From NCBI GenBank assembly GCA_965207225.1, contig CBDBLV010000005.1:256001-320000 (forward strand): a stretch of 64,000 bases of DNA, given 5' to 3'. This document shows, in pieces, positions 26,920 to 36,903 of this stretch; positions within the stretch are counted from its first letter, which is position 1, and each line of letters starts with the position of its first letter. Source of the stretch: Dehalococcoidia bacterium. GTDB taxonomy: Bacteria > Chloroflexota > Dehalococcoidia > Plut-88900. Under the pieces are notes generated by a model that searched no databases, was not told where the DNA came from, and worked only from the letters and a program-made list of their open reading frames with translations. The translations under genes and the position numbers were made by a program.

Positions 26920-29900
26920 CTACTCCCCAGCAACCGGCTCCGGTGCTCCGGCAACCTCTGGACTCGTCCTGTGAAACAGTCGGTTCAACAGCCTCGGGAT
27001 GCTGTCGTTGAAGAGCATGTAGACGATCGGCAGCACTACCAGCGTCAGGGCCGTGGAGCTTATCAGCCCCCCGATTACTACCGTGGCCAACTCCGCGCTG
27101 ATTATCCCGCCGCTCCCCTCCGACGCCACGGCCAGGGGTAGCAGCGCAAAGCTGGTGGTCAGCGCGGTCATCAGGATGGGCCGCAGCCTCACCCGGGCCC
27201 CGGATATCAGGGCGTCGTAGACCGCCAACCCTCGGGCCCTCTGCTGCTCCACGAACGCGATCAGCACTATGGCGTTGGTCACCACTATCCCGATTAGCAG
27301 CAGCACCCCCATCATGGCTGCCAGGCCAAGCGACCGGTCCGTCACCGTAAGCGCCAGCATCACCCCGACCAGGGCCAGTGGCAGGGTCAGGATGATAACG
27401 AAGGGGTTCCTCAGGCTCCCCAGGGCTGCAACCATAACCAGGTAGACCAGCACTATCCCGACCGCCATGGCCGTGAAGATGGCCTGGAATCCCTCCTCTA
27501 TGTCGGCGAAGATTCCGCCGCTGTTCACCTCGACCCCCGGGGGCAGGTCCAGGGCGTCAATCTTCTCGTCCACGATTACGCCCACCGCTTGCGTGTCGTC
27601 GGCGATTATGTCCGCCTCGATGCTCGCCGACCTCCGGCCGTCAGTCCGGCTTATGGACACGGGCCCTTCCCGCAGTACGGGCTCGGCCAGCTCACCCAGG
27701 GGCGCCGACCCCAGGGGCCCGACTATCATCAAAGAACTAAGCTGGTCGACACCCCCTACGGCCCGGGGATCACCCGTAAGGACCACGTCCACCGCCTCCC
27801 CGTCCACGTTGATGGAGGTTACCCTCTGCCCAATGGTGTACTGGCTTAGCTGGATCCCCACCTGCCTCGTGGTCAGGCCGATTTGCCCCGCCTTCTCCGG
27901 GTCAACCTCCACCGCCACCTCTGCGCGGGCTTCGGCCACGTCGCTTTCCAGGTTCACCACGCCGTCGATGGTTGCGATGGAGGCGGCAAGCTCTTCGGTC
28001 ACCTCGGCAATGTCATCGTAGTCGGGGCCCGTGACGAAGATCTCGATCCCGCCCGTCGGCGGCCCGTCCGATATCTCCGAAATTCGCAGCGTCTGGCCCG
28101 GCTTTTCGAACTCACCCCTAAGAGTCTCTGCGATCCCATCCGGTGCGTCGTCGGAGAGCCGCACGAAGAAGCTGGCCTGCTGCAGCCCTGCCGTGGGATC
28201 GTCCCCCGTCCCGGGTCCTGCAAAGTCGCTGCCGCCGATGCTCACGGTGTATACGTCAGACAGCTCGTCGACCCTCGACTCCACTTCGGCTACGGCTTCC
28301 ACCGTGCGCTCCACCCCCGAGCCGGGCGGTACGCTTAACTCGATGCTCAGGAAACGGTCGCCGCTGCCTCCGAACAGGTTGACAGGGATGTTGGCCAGGA
28401 GTCCCAGGCTCCCGACGGTGATCAGTGCCGCTGCCCCCAGCGTCACGATCCGATGCCCCAGCGCCCACTTAAGGATGACCAGGTAGGTCCGCTGCAGCCA
28501 GGTCTCCTGCATCGGGATGTCTCCCTCGTCACCTGCGCCCTCGGGCAGGTCCCCGGGGCGCAGCAGGAAGGCCCCGAGCACCGGCACCGCGGTCAACGCC
28601 ACCAGCAGCGATGCCACCAGCGCGAAGCTCACCGTCAGGGCAAAGGGCAGGAAGAATGCCCCGACCAGCCCTTCTATGAAGCCCAGGGGCACGAACACCA
28701 CCACCGTGGTCATCGTCGATGCGAAGATGGCGGGCCCGACCTCCTTCGTCGCATCAAATGCCGCCCGCCACCGTTCTCGACCACCCTGGATGTGCCGGTA
28801 TACGTTCTCCAGTACCACGATCGAGTCGTCCACCACCCGGCCCACCGATATGGCCAACCCACCCAGAGTCATGAAGTTCAGAGTCATGTCCTGCCAGTTC
28901 ATCAGCAGGATGCCCGTGAACACGCTCAGGGGTATTGACAGTGCAATGACCACCGTTGGGCGCAGGGTGTTGAAGAACCCCTTCACGAAGGTTGGGCGGA
29001 TGGTCAGCATGAAGGCGAACACCACCGTCACCGCAAACAGGAACCCGAACGTCGCCTCCCGCAGCAGGTTGTCTATCTGTTGCTGGATCTCGGGGCCCTG
29101 GTCCGTCACGACGATGATGTCAATGTCCCCGGGAATGCCTTGAACTCCATCGGTAAAGTCGGTCACACCGCCGGTGACGTCCACGGTGTTGGCCTCGGGC
29201 TCCTTGGTCACGCTCACAAAGAGCCCCGGCTTCCCATTGGTGCGCGATATGCTGGACGGCGCCCCCGTCCCGAACGACACCTCCGCCACGTCCGACAGCC
29301 GCACGGGCCCCGACCCGTTCGACCCTACCACCAGGCTCTCCAGCTCCTCCACCGATCCCAGGGTGTGGGTCGTTTTGGCAATCACCGCTTGGCCTCCGTC
29401 AAAGAGCAGGCCAGCGGGAAGGGTCACGTTGTTCTCCCGAAGGGCCGACGACACCTGGAACATCGAGACGCCCTGCGCCGACATCTTCTCCAGGTCCGCA
29501 GTCACGATGAAGTTGCGGTCCACGTCCCCCACCAGCTGGACGTCCGCCACCCCCTCGATCTTCTCGATCTCCGGGATGATGATGTCCTGCACTACTTCCT
29601 GCACTTCTATGAGCGGCCTGTCCGACACCACGCCGAACTGGATTACCGGGAACGCGTCGGGGTTGAAGCGGCCGACCTCCGGGTCTTCCGCTGCAGGCGG
29701 GAATGTCACGCCATTAAGGGCGTTCTCCACGTATGCCTCGGCCTCGGCCATGTCCGTGCCGTATTGGAATGTGCCGAGCACTATCACCCGACCCTCCGAA
29801 GAAGAAGACTGAACCGTCTCCAGACCATCCGCCCCCGAGATCGCTCGCTCGATGGGTTCGGTGACGTCCCGGACTACGGCCTCGGGGTCGGCGGACGGGT

Positions 29901-30054
29901 ACGACGCTATGACTGTGACCAGGGGAAACTCGATCTGTGGGAACAGTTCCACCTGCATCGCCCGGTAGGAGAACACCCCGCCGGCCAAAACAAGAATGAT
30001 GGTCAGAAGCGTAACTGTCGGGCGGCGCAGCGCGAAGGAAGTAAGAAAGGTCAA
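26920..30054 (-). CDS. RND efflux transporter permease (AcrB/SwrC-like)
   Basis: 1044 aa; VELFP, GRVVDDSIVVLEN, GIVVTNAIVLI, RLRPILMTALTT. Confidence 0.95.
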   Translation of the reverse strand: MTFLTSFALRRPTVTLLTIILVLAGGVFSYRAMQVELFPQIEFPLVTVIASYPSADPEAVVRDVTEPIERAISGADGLETVQSSSSEGRVIVLGTFQYGTDMAEAEAYVENALNGVTFPPAAEDPEVGRFNPDAFPVIQFGVVSDRPLIEVQEVVQDIIIPEIEKIEGVADVQLVGDVDRNFIVTADLEKMSAQGVSMFQVSSALRENNVTLPAGLLFDGGQAVIAKTTHTLGSVEELESLVVGSNGSGPVRLSDVAEVSFGTGAPSSISRTNGKPGLFVSVTKEPEANTVDVTGGVTDFTDGVQGIPGDIDIIVVTDQGPEIQQQIDNLLREATFGFLFAVTVVFAFMLTIRPTFVKGFFNTLRPTVVIALSIPLSVFTGILLMNWQDMTLNFMTLGGLAISVGRVVDDSIVVLENVYRHIQGGRERWRAAFDATKEVGPAIFASTMTTVVVFVPLGFIEGLVGAFFLPFALTVSFALVASLLVALTAVPVLGAFLLRPGDLPEGAGDEGDIPMQETWLQRTYLVILKWALGHRIVTLGAAALITVGSLGLLANIPVNLFGGSGDRFLSIELSVPPGSGVERTVEAVAEVESRVDELSDVYTVSIGGSDFAGPGTGDDPTAGLQQASFFVRLSDDAPDGIAETLRGEFEKPGQTLRISEISDGPPTGGIEIFVTGPDYDDIAEVTEELAASIATIDGVVNLESDVAEARAEVAVEVDPEKAGQIGLTTRQVGIQLSQYTIGQRVTSINVDGEAVDVVLTGDPRAVGGVDQLSSLMIVGPLGSAPLGELAEPVLREGPVSISRTDGRRSASIEADIIADDTQAVGVIVDEKIDALDLPPGVEVNSGGIFADIEEGFQAIFTAMAVGIVLVYLVMVAALGSLRNPFVIILTLPLALVGVMLALTVTDRSLGLAAMMGVLLLIGIVVTNAIVLIAFVEQQRARGLAVYDALISGARVRLRPILMTALTTSFALLPLAVASEGSGGIISAELATVVIGGLISSTALTLVVLPIVYMLFNDSIPRLLNRLFHRTSPEVAGAPEPVAGE

Positions 30055-30200
30055 CTGGGCTCTCCTGGGTTAAGGGGGACTGGGGAATGACTGACAGGCA
30101 TTTGTGAAAACCTTATCAATAGTTTAGCACGTTGGTGTCGACATGGCGGGGCCTTCTCCAACGACCATCCCCAGCGTCGACAAAATCAGTGAGCAAGCGC

Positions 30201-31607
30201 TTATGTGACTGCACGCTCTTTGCCGGAACGCTCATCCACGGGGTCGGCGGATGGCAACTCGAAGATGAAGGCGCTGCCCCGGCCAAGCTCACTCTCCGTC
30301 CAGATCCGACCGCCTTGCGATTCTATAAGCTGCTTTGCAATGGTGAGCCCCAGCCCCGCTCCCCCCGTGACCCGAGACCTCGAAGGGTCGACCCGGTAGA
30401 ATCGCTCGAACACCGACTCCAGGGCCTCCCCATCTATCCCCTCGCCCGTGTCCCTCACCGACACCCGGACATAACCGGGCCTGCCGCCGGCAACCGCAAG
30501 TGTCACCGAGCCGCCTTCAGGCGTGTGTTTCACCGCATTGTCCACCAGGTTGTACATGACTTGCTCCACCCGCCCCCGGTCCATCGACGCCAACGGAACG
30601 TCGGTGGCGGTTTCGCACCGAATGGACACCCCCTTCGCCGAGGCCCGCGGCCCGAAGGCCTCCGACACCCTTTCCATCAGTTCGTCCATCCTCCTCAGTT
30701 GCACGTCGAGCCTGAGTTCCCCTGTCTCGGCCAGCGTCAGCAGCCGCAGGTCCTCAACAAGACGGGTGAGCTGTGCGACCTGTTGCCGAACGATCTCGAG
30801 AGTGTCCGCGCTGGGCTCGGCCAGTCCGTCGCGCATCGCTTCAACGTAGCCCCCGATGTTGCTGAGGGGTGTCCGCAGCTCGTGGGCCACGTCGGCGAGG
30901 AGGGCCCGACGCTGCCGCTCCGCCGTCTCCAGGTCCTCCGCCATGCGGTTGAACGCATGACCCAGGCGTCCAATCTCATCCTGGGAGGAGGGTTTCACCC
31001 GTTGGGCCAGGTCGCCCCGGCCAAGCTTTTCCGCCGCCGCCGAAAGGGCCCGCACGGGAGACAGCGCCCGCCGGGACATGACCCCCACGGCGATTATGCC
31101 CACGCCCCCCGCCGCCAGCCCTGCCCAGAGCAGGGCCTCGCTCACATGGTCCGCCAGGTCCGAGTCCACCGGCTCGCGGAGTTCTTCCAAAATGAATCGA
31201 TGGATAGGCATGAGGGCCACGCTGCCCAGTGCCTCCCCACCCTCCGTATAGAGCGTCGCGCCCCAGGCGGCTCCATCTTGGTCCACCGCCCCGGGACCCA
31301 ACCACCAGTGGGAGTCGCCAATCAGCTTACCCCCGTCATCCCACAACACGACCCTCACGCCCAGCAGTCTCCCCAGCCTTTCAACGTTGGGCTGAATGTC
31401 CGCCCACCCCCGGCCCTCGGCCAAGTGTTCGTCCAGGGCCGCTCGGACCCGCTCCACACGGACTTCCATTCTCTGCTCTTCGCTGCGCTCCGCCTCCCGC
31501 TCCGACTCCCCGCTCACGTACCAGCCTACCGAAAGCAATGCCGCGGACAGCACCACCGCAAATCCCGCCACCAGGCGGACCTGGAGACTGGACAGCAGCC
31601 TACGCAT
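30201..31607 (-). CDS. HAMP-domain sensor histidine kinase (BaeS-like)
   Basis: DEIGRLGHAFNRMA, DVAHELRTPL, NLVDNAVKH, DTGEGI, FERFYR, GAGLGL. Confidence 0.95.
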   Translation of the reverse strand: MRRLLSSLQVRLVAGFAVVLSAALLSVGWYVSGESEREAERSEEQRMEVRVERVRAALDEHLAEGRGWADIQPNVERLGRLLGVRVVLWDDGGKLIGDSHWWLGPGAVDQDGAAWGATLYTEGGEALGSVALMPIHRFILEELREPVDSDLADHVSEALLWAGLAAGGVGIIAVGVMSRRALSPVRALSAAAEKLGRGDLAQRVKPSSQDEIGRLGHAFNRMAEDLETAERQRRALLADVAHELRTPLSNIGGYVEAMRDGLAEPSADTLEIVRQQVAQLTRLVEDLRLLTLAETGELRLDVQLRRMDELMERVSEAFGPRASAKGVSIRCETATDVPLASMDRGRVEQVMYNLVDNAVKHTPEGGSVTLAVAGGRPGYVRVSVRDTGEGIDGEALESVFERFYRVDPSRSRVTGGAGLGLTIAKQLIESQGGRIWTESELGRGSAFIFELPSADPVDERSGKERAVT

Positions 31608-32289
31608 ATTCGAACCGGTAGCCCTGGCCGTAGACCGTGCGTATGTACCCCTTGCCGCTCGGCCCTTTCCCCAGCTTCCGCCGCAGGTTGTAGATCTGGG
31701 AGTCGACCGCCCTGTCAAAGCCATCGAAGTCGTAGCCGTACACCGCGTCGATTATTCGGTCCCGGGAGAGTATGCGCCCGGGCTCCCGCATAAACATCAC
31801 CAGCAGGCGGAACTCCGTCCGGGTGAGATCTATGGCCCGTCCACCGACCCAGGCGGCGTATTCGCGTACGTCGACCCTTATGCCCCCGGCAGTGAGGTCG
31901 CCGGGGCCCCGGTCAAGGGCGTCGCGGGCCGTGCGCCGGAGGACGGCCCGGACCCGGGCGGCCAGCTCCCGGGGGCTGAAGGGCTTCGTTATGTAGTCGT
32001 CGGCCCCGGACTCCAGCCCCGACAGCCTGTCCTCCTCCTCCACACGGGCGGTGAGCATAACTATGGGGACCTGGGACTCCTCCCTCACCCTCCAGCACAC
32101 GGTCATGCCGTCCAGCTTGGGGAGCATCAGGTCCAGGACGATTAGGTCGGGAGCTTCGTCCAGGGCGAGGCGAAGGCCCTGGGCCCCGTCCGGTGCGGTC
32201 AGGACTTCGTGGCCGTCATTGGCCAGGTACAGGCGTGCAAGCTCCGCAGTATTTGGGTCGTCTTCTATGACCAGAATTCTGCTAGGCAT
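31600..32289 (-). CDS. OmpR-family response regulator
   Basis: ILVIEDD, LDLMLP, MLTAR, DDYITKPF, winged helix IRTVYGQGYRF. Confidence 0.95.
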   Translation of the reverse strand: MPSRILVIEDDPNTAELARLYLANDGHEVLTAPDGAQGLRLALDEAPDLIVLDLMLPKLDGMTVCWRVREESQVPIVMLTARVEEEDRLSGLESGADDYITKPFSPRELAARVRAVLRRTARDALDRGPGDLTAGGIRVDVREYAAWVGGRAIDLTRTEFRLLVMFMREPGRILSRDRIIDAVYGYDFDGFDRAVDSQIYNLRRKLGKGPSGKGYIRTVYGQGYRFEYA

Positions 32290-32403
32290 GGTAAAAGTGA
32301 CAGGGGAGAGATGACAGTGGAGGTGCCGTCATCTCTCCCCCCAGAGTATACACTTGGCTTAGGGTGGCTCCGGCGCCAGGCCTGGCCTGGCAAAGCCGGC
32401 CTG

Positions 32404-33015
32404 TCAGTGGAGACCGCGCTCCGCCCGTTTCCAGCCCCAGCCGCCGTGCTTGCGCCATTCCTTGCCTTTTCTGCTCTCCAGGCGCTCGGCGATGGCGTCA
32501 GCCTGCTCCTGGGTTATTCTTCCGCTTTCCACGGCGGCATCCAGCCTCTGCTGCACCTTCTCTTCCCGAATCTCGCCCTTGACCTGGGCAAGAGCGTCTA
32601 TGAGCGCCTGGTCTTCCACCCCGATGTTCTCGGCTATTGTGGACAGGAAGCCGGACCGGTCCCGCTGGAACTCACGCTTCTCGAACTTGATGTCGGTTAG
32701 CCAGTCGGGGCGTTCGCCGTACCAGCTCGTGAACTCATCGGCCTGCACCCGGGTTATTTCTCCACTTTCGACCAGCTTGTCGAGCCACGCCTGTATCGCT
32801 TCCTGTGCATGTTCCTCCCCGGCATCCCTAAACGCGTCGGTCACGGTTTGTTCGTCAATGTCGAGGACCTCCGCGAGCTTCGATTTCACCTCGCCCCGCT
32901 CCCCTGCGTCCGCCATTGCCACGCCTCCTACGGCCATCATGGACACCATGATCGCAGTCACCGACATGACCAGCCAAGCCTTCTTCAGTTTCAAGATTCT
33001 CAGCAACTTCTTCAT
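32404..33015 (-). CDS. secreted helical repeat protein co-oriented with the TCS and RND genes
   Basis: Signal peptide ending VAMA; duplicated LD..VESG.IT..QAD motif. Confidence 0.75.
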   Translation of the reverse strand: MKKLLRILKLKKAWLVMSVTAIMVSMMAVGGVAMADAGERGEVKSKLAEVLDIDEQTVTDAFRDAGEEHAQEAIQAWLDKLVESGEITRVQADEFTSWYGERPDWLTDIKFEKREFQRDRSGFLSTIAENIGVEDQALIDALAQVKGEIREEKVQQRLDAAVESGRITQEQADAIAERLESRKGKEWRKHGGWGWKRAERGLH

Positions 33016-33214
33016 TGCCTCTCCTTTCTCTTTCGCTTTCTATGCGATGCTCTTTGCGTTTTGCCCGGTGCGGCCGGCTATTTACCGTCCGCTTGCTGCC
33101 ACTTTACTCCAGGAATGTCGAGACATTTTCGACGTTTCCGCCGGGTCTCCTACCGTCATGTATAATCCCTCGCGGAGCCCTCCCGACATGACTTCCACCT
33201 ACAACGGCAACCCC

Positions 33215-34183
33215 ATGAAGGTGCGCATCGGCATTGGCCTCGGGGCTTGGCCCTTCGGCCCGATCACCCCGACCTCAATCTTCGACTTCATAGACCGCTG
33301 CGAAGCCCTGGACATCGACTCCATCTGGCTCAGCGACCGCATCGCCGGACGCGACGATCTCCTGGAACCCGTCACTTTCATGGCCTTCATGGCCTCCCGC
33401 ATGAGGAACATGCTGTTCGGCACTAGCGTCATCGTGTTGCCAGTAAGACACCCCGTCGTTCTCGCCAAGGAGCTTGCCACTCTGGACCTCCTTTCCGGGG
33501 GCCGGCTCCTCCCCGCCGTGGGCATCGGCCCGCCGACCTCCGAGGACTTCCGGGCCACGGGCATCGAGCAGAAGGGCCGGGGCCGCCGCACCGACGAAGC
33601 CATCGGCCTGATGAAACGCCTCTGGACCGAGGACAGCGTCACCTTCCACGGCGAGTACTACTCCATCGAGGACATATCCGTCACGCCCAAGCCCGCCCAA
33701 CCCGAGGGCCCGCCCATCTGGATCGGGGGCCGGTCCCAGGCGGCGTACAAAAGGGCCGGGACCCTGGGCGACGGATGGCTCTCCTCCAGCATCACCGTCG
33801 AGGAGGCCGACGAGGGTGTCCGCTCCATCAAGGCCTATGCCTCCGAGGCTGGCCGGGAGGTTCCCGAGGACCATTTCGGTATCTACCTCCCCTTCCTCTT
33901 CACCGACAACCGGGAGCGTGATCTAGACATTGCCCGGCCCTACCTCCACGGCAGGCCCGACGTCCCCGACGACGCTATTTCGGCAGTCGGGAACCCTGAA
34001 GAAGTCAGGGCCCGGGTCCAGGAGTACATCGACAAGGGCGCCACCAAGTTCGTCATGCGGCCCGCCTGCTCCGGCGCCATGTGGTTCGACCAGCTCGAGA
34101 CCCTCGCCCGGGAGGTCATCCAGCCCATCCAGACCCCCTTTAGCACCCGCGAACGTCAGAAACGGGCCGCAGCAGCCGGTTGA
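33215..34183 (+). CDS. LLM-class flavin/F420-dependent oxidoreductase
   Basis: DSIWLSDR, RHPVVLAKELATLDLLSGGRL, PPIWIGG, GDGW; start could be 33188. Confidence 0.92.
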   Translation: MKVRIGIGLGAWPFGPITPTSIFDFIDRCEALDIDSIWLSDRIAGRDDLLEPVTFMAFMASRMRNMLFGTSVIVLPVRHPVVLAKELATLDLLSGGRLLPAVGIGPPTSEDFRATGIEQKGRGRRTDEAIGLMKRLWTEDSVTFHGEYYSIEDISVTPKPAQPEGPPIWIGGRSQAAYKRAGTLGDGWLSSSITVEEADEGVRSIKAYASEAGREVPEDHFGIYLPFLFTDNRERDLDIARPYLHGRPDVPDDAISAVGNPEEVRARVQEYIDKGATKFVMRPACSGAMWFDQLETLAREVIQPIQTPFSTRERQKRAAAAG

Positions 34184-34413
34184 CCCCCAACATGCCCCTT
34201 CCCGTAATTCCCGACTCCGATCGGGAATCCATCCTCGGATGTGGGGCCGCTCGTGCTGAGGCTCTCGAAGTATGAGCGGGGGCCTGGCCCACACCCTTCC
34301 AATCTGTCGCGTCCCTCCCAGCCTACACCCCCTTCCCCTTCCATCGGAATCCCGTAAACTAAGCTAGGATTTAGACAAACTCGGGCCCGAAGCCCGACAC
34401 CCGGAGGTACACC

Positions 34414-35241
34414 TTGCCCTACGAAAACGTGCTCTACGAGACCGACGGCCGAGTCGCCACCATCACCATGAACCGCCCCGACAAGCTCAATGCCCTCAGC
34501 GAGGGCTTGATAGACGACATCGTCGCTGCTGCAGAGGAAGCGGAAGCCGACAACGAGGTCCGCTCCATCATCCTCAGGGCGGCGGGTCGGGCCTTTTCCG
34601 CCGGCTACGACATCTCGCCCGGCGCCCATGGCGACGGCTCCGACGACCTCTACACCGAGCTAATGCGCTTCCGCAAGACCAACACGCAGTGGGGCAAGCT
34701 CTGGAACCTCTCCAAGCCCATCATCGCCCAGGTCCACGGCTACTGCCTCGCCGGCGCCACCGACCTCGCCACCAACTGCGACATGATCATCGCCTCCGAG
34801 GACGCCGTCTTCGGCCTCCCCGACGTCCGGGGCATCGAGTCCGTCGAAAACCACATGTGGACCTACCTGGTCGGGCCCCAGTGGGCCAAGCGCATGATGA
34901 TGACCGGCGACCCCATAGACGGCAAGACCGCCGAGCGCATCGGCCTTATCATGCAGGCCGTCCCCGCCGACCAGCTGGAATCCGAGGCCCGTCGCCTCGC
35001 AGAGCGCATGGCCAACATCCCGCTGGAGCTACTCGCTCCTCACAAGTCGCTGATCAACAAGGTCATGGGCCTCATGGGGCACGCCGTAGCTCAGCAGATG
35101 GCCTTCGACACCGTCTCCATCACCCACTACTCCCACGCCCGTCGCAACTTCAGCGAGACAGCCGAAAAAGAAGGCCTCCGCGCCGCCCTCCTCAAGCGTG
35201 ACGGCCCCTTCGGAGACTACACCGCCCGCCCGAAGAAGTAG
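34414..35241 (+). CDS. enoyl-CoA hydratase/isomerase (crotonase) family protein
   Basis: NRPDKLNAL, FSAGYDI, KPIIAQVHGYCLAG. Confidence 0.93.
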   Translation: MPYENVLYETDGRVATITMNRPDKLNALSEGLIDDIVAAAEEAEADNEVRSIILRAAGRAFSAGYDISPGAHGDGSDDLYTELMRFRKTNTQWGKLWNLSKPIIAQVHGYCLAGATDLATNCDMIIASEDAVFGLPDVRGIESVENHMWTYLVGPQWAKRMMMTGDPIDGKTAERIGLIMQAVPADQLESEARRLAERMANIPLELLAPHKSLINKVMGLMGHAVAQQMAFDTVSITHYSHARRNFSETAEKEGLRAALLKRDGPFGDYTARPKK

Positions 35242-35305
35242 GAGTTTGGAGGGGCCGCTCGTGCTGAGGCCCTCGAAGTATGAGTGCGGCCATATCCCCT
35301 TTCCC

Positions 35306-35417
35306 TGAGTATTAACTAGAGGGCCGTCGGTTGCCACGCAACCGACGGCCCTCTGTTATTCTCTCCCCCTCTCCCTTACAGGCCCTAAGGGAGAGGGGGA
35401 TCAAGGGGGTGAGGGTT
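35306..35417 (+). repeat. family C element: constant leader ..AACTAGAG, variable hairpin, conserved second hairpin
   Basis: AGAG-GGCCGTCGGTTGC-cac-GCAACCGACGGCC-CTCT, then TCCCCCTCTCCCTTA..TAAGGGAGAGGGGGA..GGGGGTGAGGGTT; other copies near 44911, 55786, 55930, 58890, 59895. Confidence 0.85.
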
Positions 35418-35486
35418 TCTCTCCTTGGGTGGGACGACCGCTCATGCTGAGCGTAGTCAAGAATGGGGGGGGTGGGGCAAGAAAAG

Positions 35487-35873
35487 CTAGACGCGAGACA
35501 GGGTCTCCGCGTCCTGGATGAAATCCTCGGTCTCGTGAATGAGCAGCTCGATGGCGTCTACCGGCTCGCACCAGCCGGTGTAGAAACAATCGCCGTGAAG
35601 AGCGCTCTGTCGAGTGAAGTAGCGGTCACGCAGGCTAGAGATTTCGGGGTTGTTCCTGGCCAGTTTGAGCAGTGATCGGGTCGTATCCGGAGACTTGGGC
35701 GGCAGTTGTCCCGTACGGGCAAGCACCAAACCGTCAGCCGCGCGCTTGGCGGCGCACCAAGCTTTTTCCGCAGCATCCCGTATGTCTCCCGCTGCAAGGC
35801 TCTCCAGGGAGGCTTTGTGCATGCGACGGGCGCCGCCGAAGATAGGGGTGGCGTCAGCTGCAGTGGTGGTCAT
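35487..35873 (-). CDS. PaREP1/HEPN-like small protein
   Basis: DIRDAAEKAWCA..LVLARTGQ shared with 14548..14931; GAGG RBS. Confidence 0.7.
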   Translation of the reverse strand: MTTTAADATPIFGGARRMHKASLESLAAGDIRDAAEKAWCAAKRAADGLVLARTGQLPPKSPDTTRSLLKLARNNPEISSLRDRYFTRQSALHGDCFYTGWCEPVDAIELLIHETEDFIQDAETLSRV

Positions 35874-36087
35874 TGGCTTTTCCTCTGAAGCAATGATATC
35901 ATGACGCAAGAGAGTTATACAGGGGCCCTCGCACAGTATCGCTCACCCACTCCGATCCCCCCGTGACCACACCCCCCGACTCGAGACGCAACCCTGAATA
36001 ACCCCTAACCCTTTCGTCCCTTTTCGAAGAACCACCGGCAATGCGGTGTGTTGTCCGTGTTTTCGCTTTTCCTCGGGAGCAGGACCC

Positions 36088-36723
36088 ATGACCAATTGGA
36101 AGGCGGCCCTCGGCCTAATCCTCGCCCTCGCCGGCGCCCTCGTCATCGTGGGGTGTGGGGAAGAAATAGACCCCGCCTATCCCTGCGGGCAGGACGCATT
36201 GCTACACGCACAACATGTCCGTGAGGTGCTCAGAGAGAATATACGTTTGTTTAAGCGTCAGCCGGGCTTCCGACGCGCGATGGAACATTTCTATAGGGAC
36301 GAGGAAGGGTACTGGGGTGACGAATACGGAATCGTTCTCTGGGTAGAGGAGCACGTAGACCAGGGCACGCTGCCTTCAGAGGATCGAGTTCCCAACCAGA
36401 TCGAGGGTGTGCGTATATATTTTGATGTAGGTGCTGAAAACTACGAGTTCAGCCTAATAGAGGGAGTTCAATACAGCAAAGCTGAATTTCAGTATGCTGA
36501 TGCGGTACGCACCAAACATTCCGATCTTTTGTGGGGACAACCGAACCAATTCGGCGGTATCGGTATCGGCACTCTGCATCCCGGGGAGCCCCTTTCGGTG
36601 GACCTAGGTATTGGCGTTACCAAGAAAGTGAGACAGAGCTTACTCCCCCCCGCCGACCGAATACCGAGCTGCCTGGATGGTATACCAGTCAGCATTTATG
36701 AAACAGATTCCGACTCTCAATAA
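36088..36723 (+). CDS. hypothetical lipoprotein with a duplicated domain
   Basis: Lipobox IVGC; LPSEDRVPNQIEGVRI and LPPADRIPSCLDGIPV internal repeat. Confidence 0.65.
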   Translation: MTNWKAALGLILALAGALVIVGCGEEIDPAYPCGQDALLHAQHVREVLRENIRLFKRQPGFRRAMEHFYRDEEGYWGDEYGIVLWVEEHVDQGTLPSEDRVPNQIEGVRIYFDVGAENYEFSLIEGVQYSKAEFQYADAVRTKHSDLLWGQPNQFGGIGIGTLHPGEPLSVDLGIGVTKKVRQSLLPPADRIPSCLDGIPVSIYETDSDSQ

Positions 36724-36903
36724 CGCTACAATAGGTTCCTGACGTTTAGCATTAAGATAGGATGACCCCCCACCCCCAATTCCTGCTAAAATATCTCATG
36801 GGCATAGCACCCGACCCCTCGTTGACTTACCCCCTTCCGGTTGCTATATTTCCCCGAATTCCCTCTCAGGCCGTGGTCTAGGCTAACCAAAATCGGAGGC
36901 TGA

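Noticed and set aside
30132-31793. 553-aa plus-strand ORF and similar long antisense ORFs (15862..17214, 19649..20824, 54377..55681)
   Set aside because: These are shadow frames of well-supported genes in high-GC DNA, with no recognisable motifs.
32450-33187. Long N-terminal extension of the 577-aa LLM ORF
   Set aside because: It is the antisense shadow of 32404..33015; LLM similarity begins near 33215, after TATAAT at ~33161.
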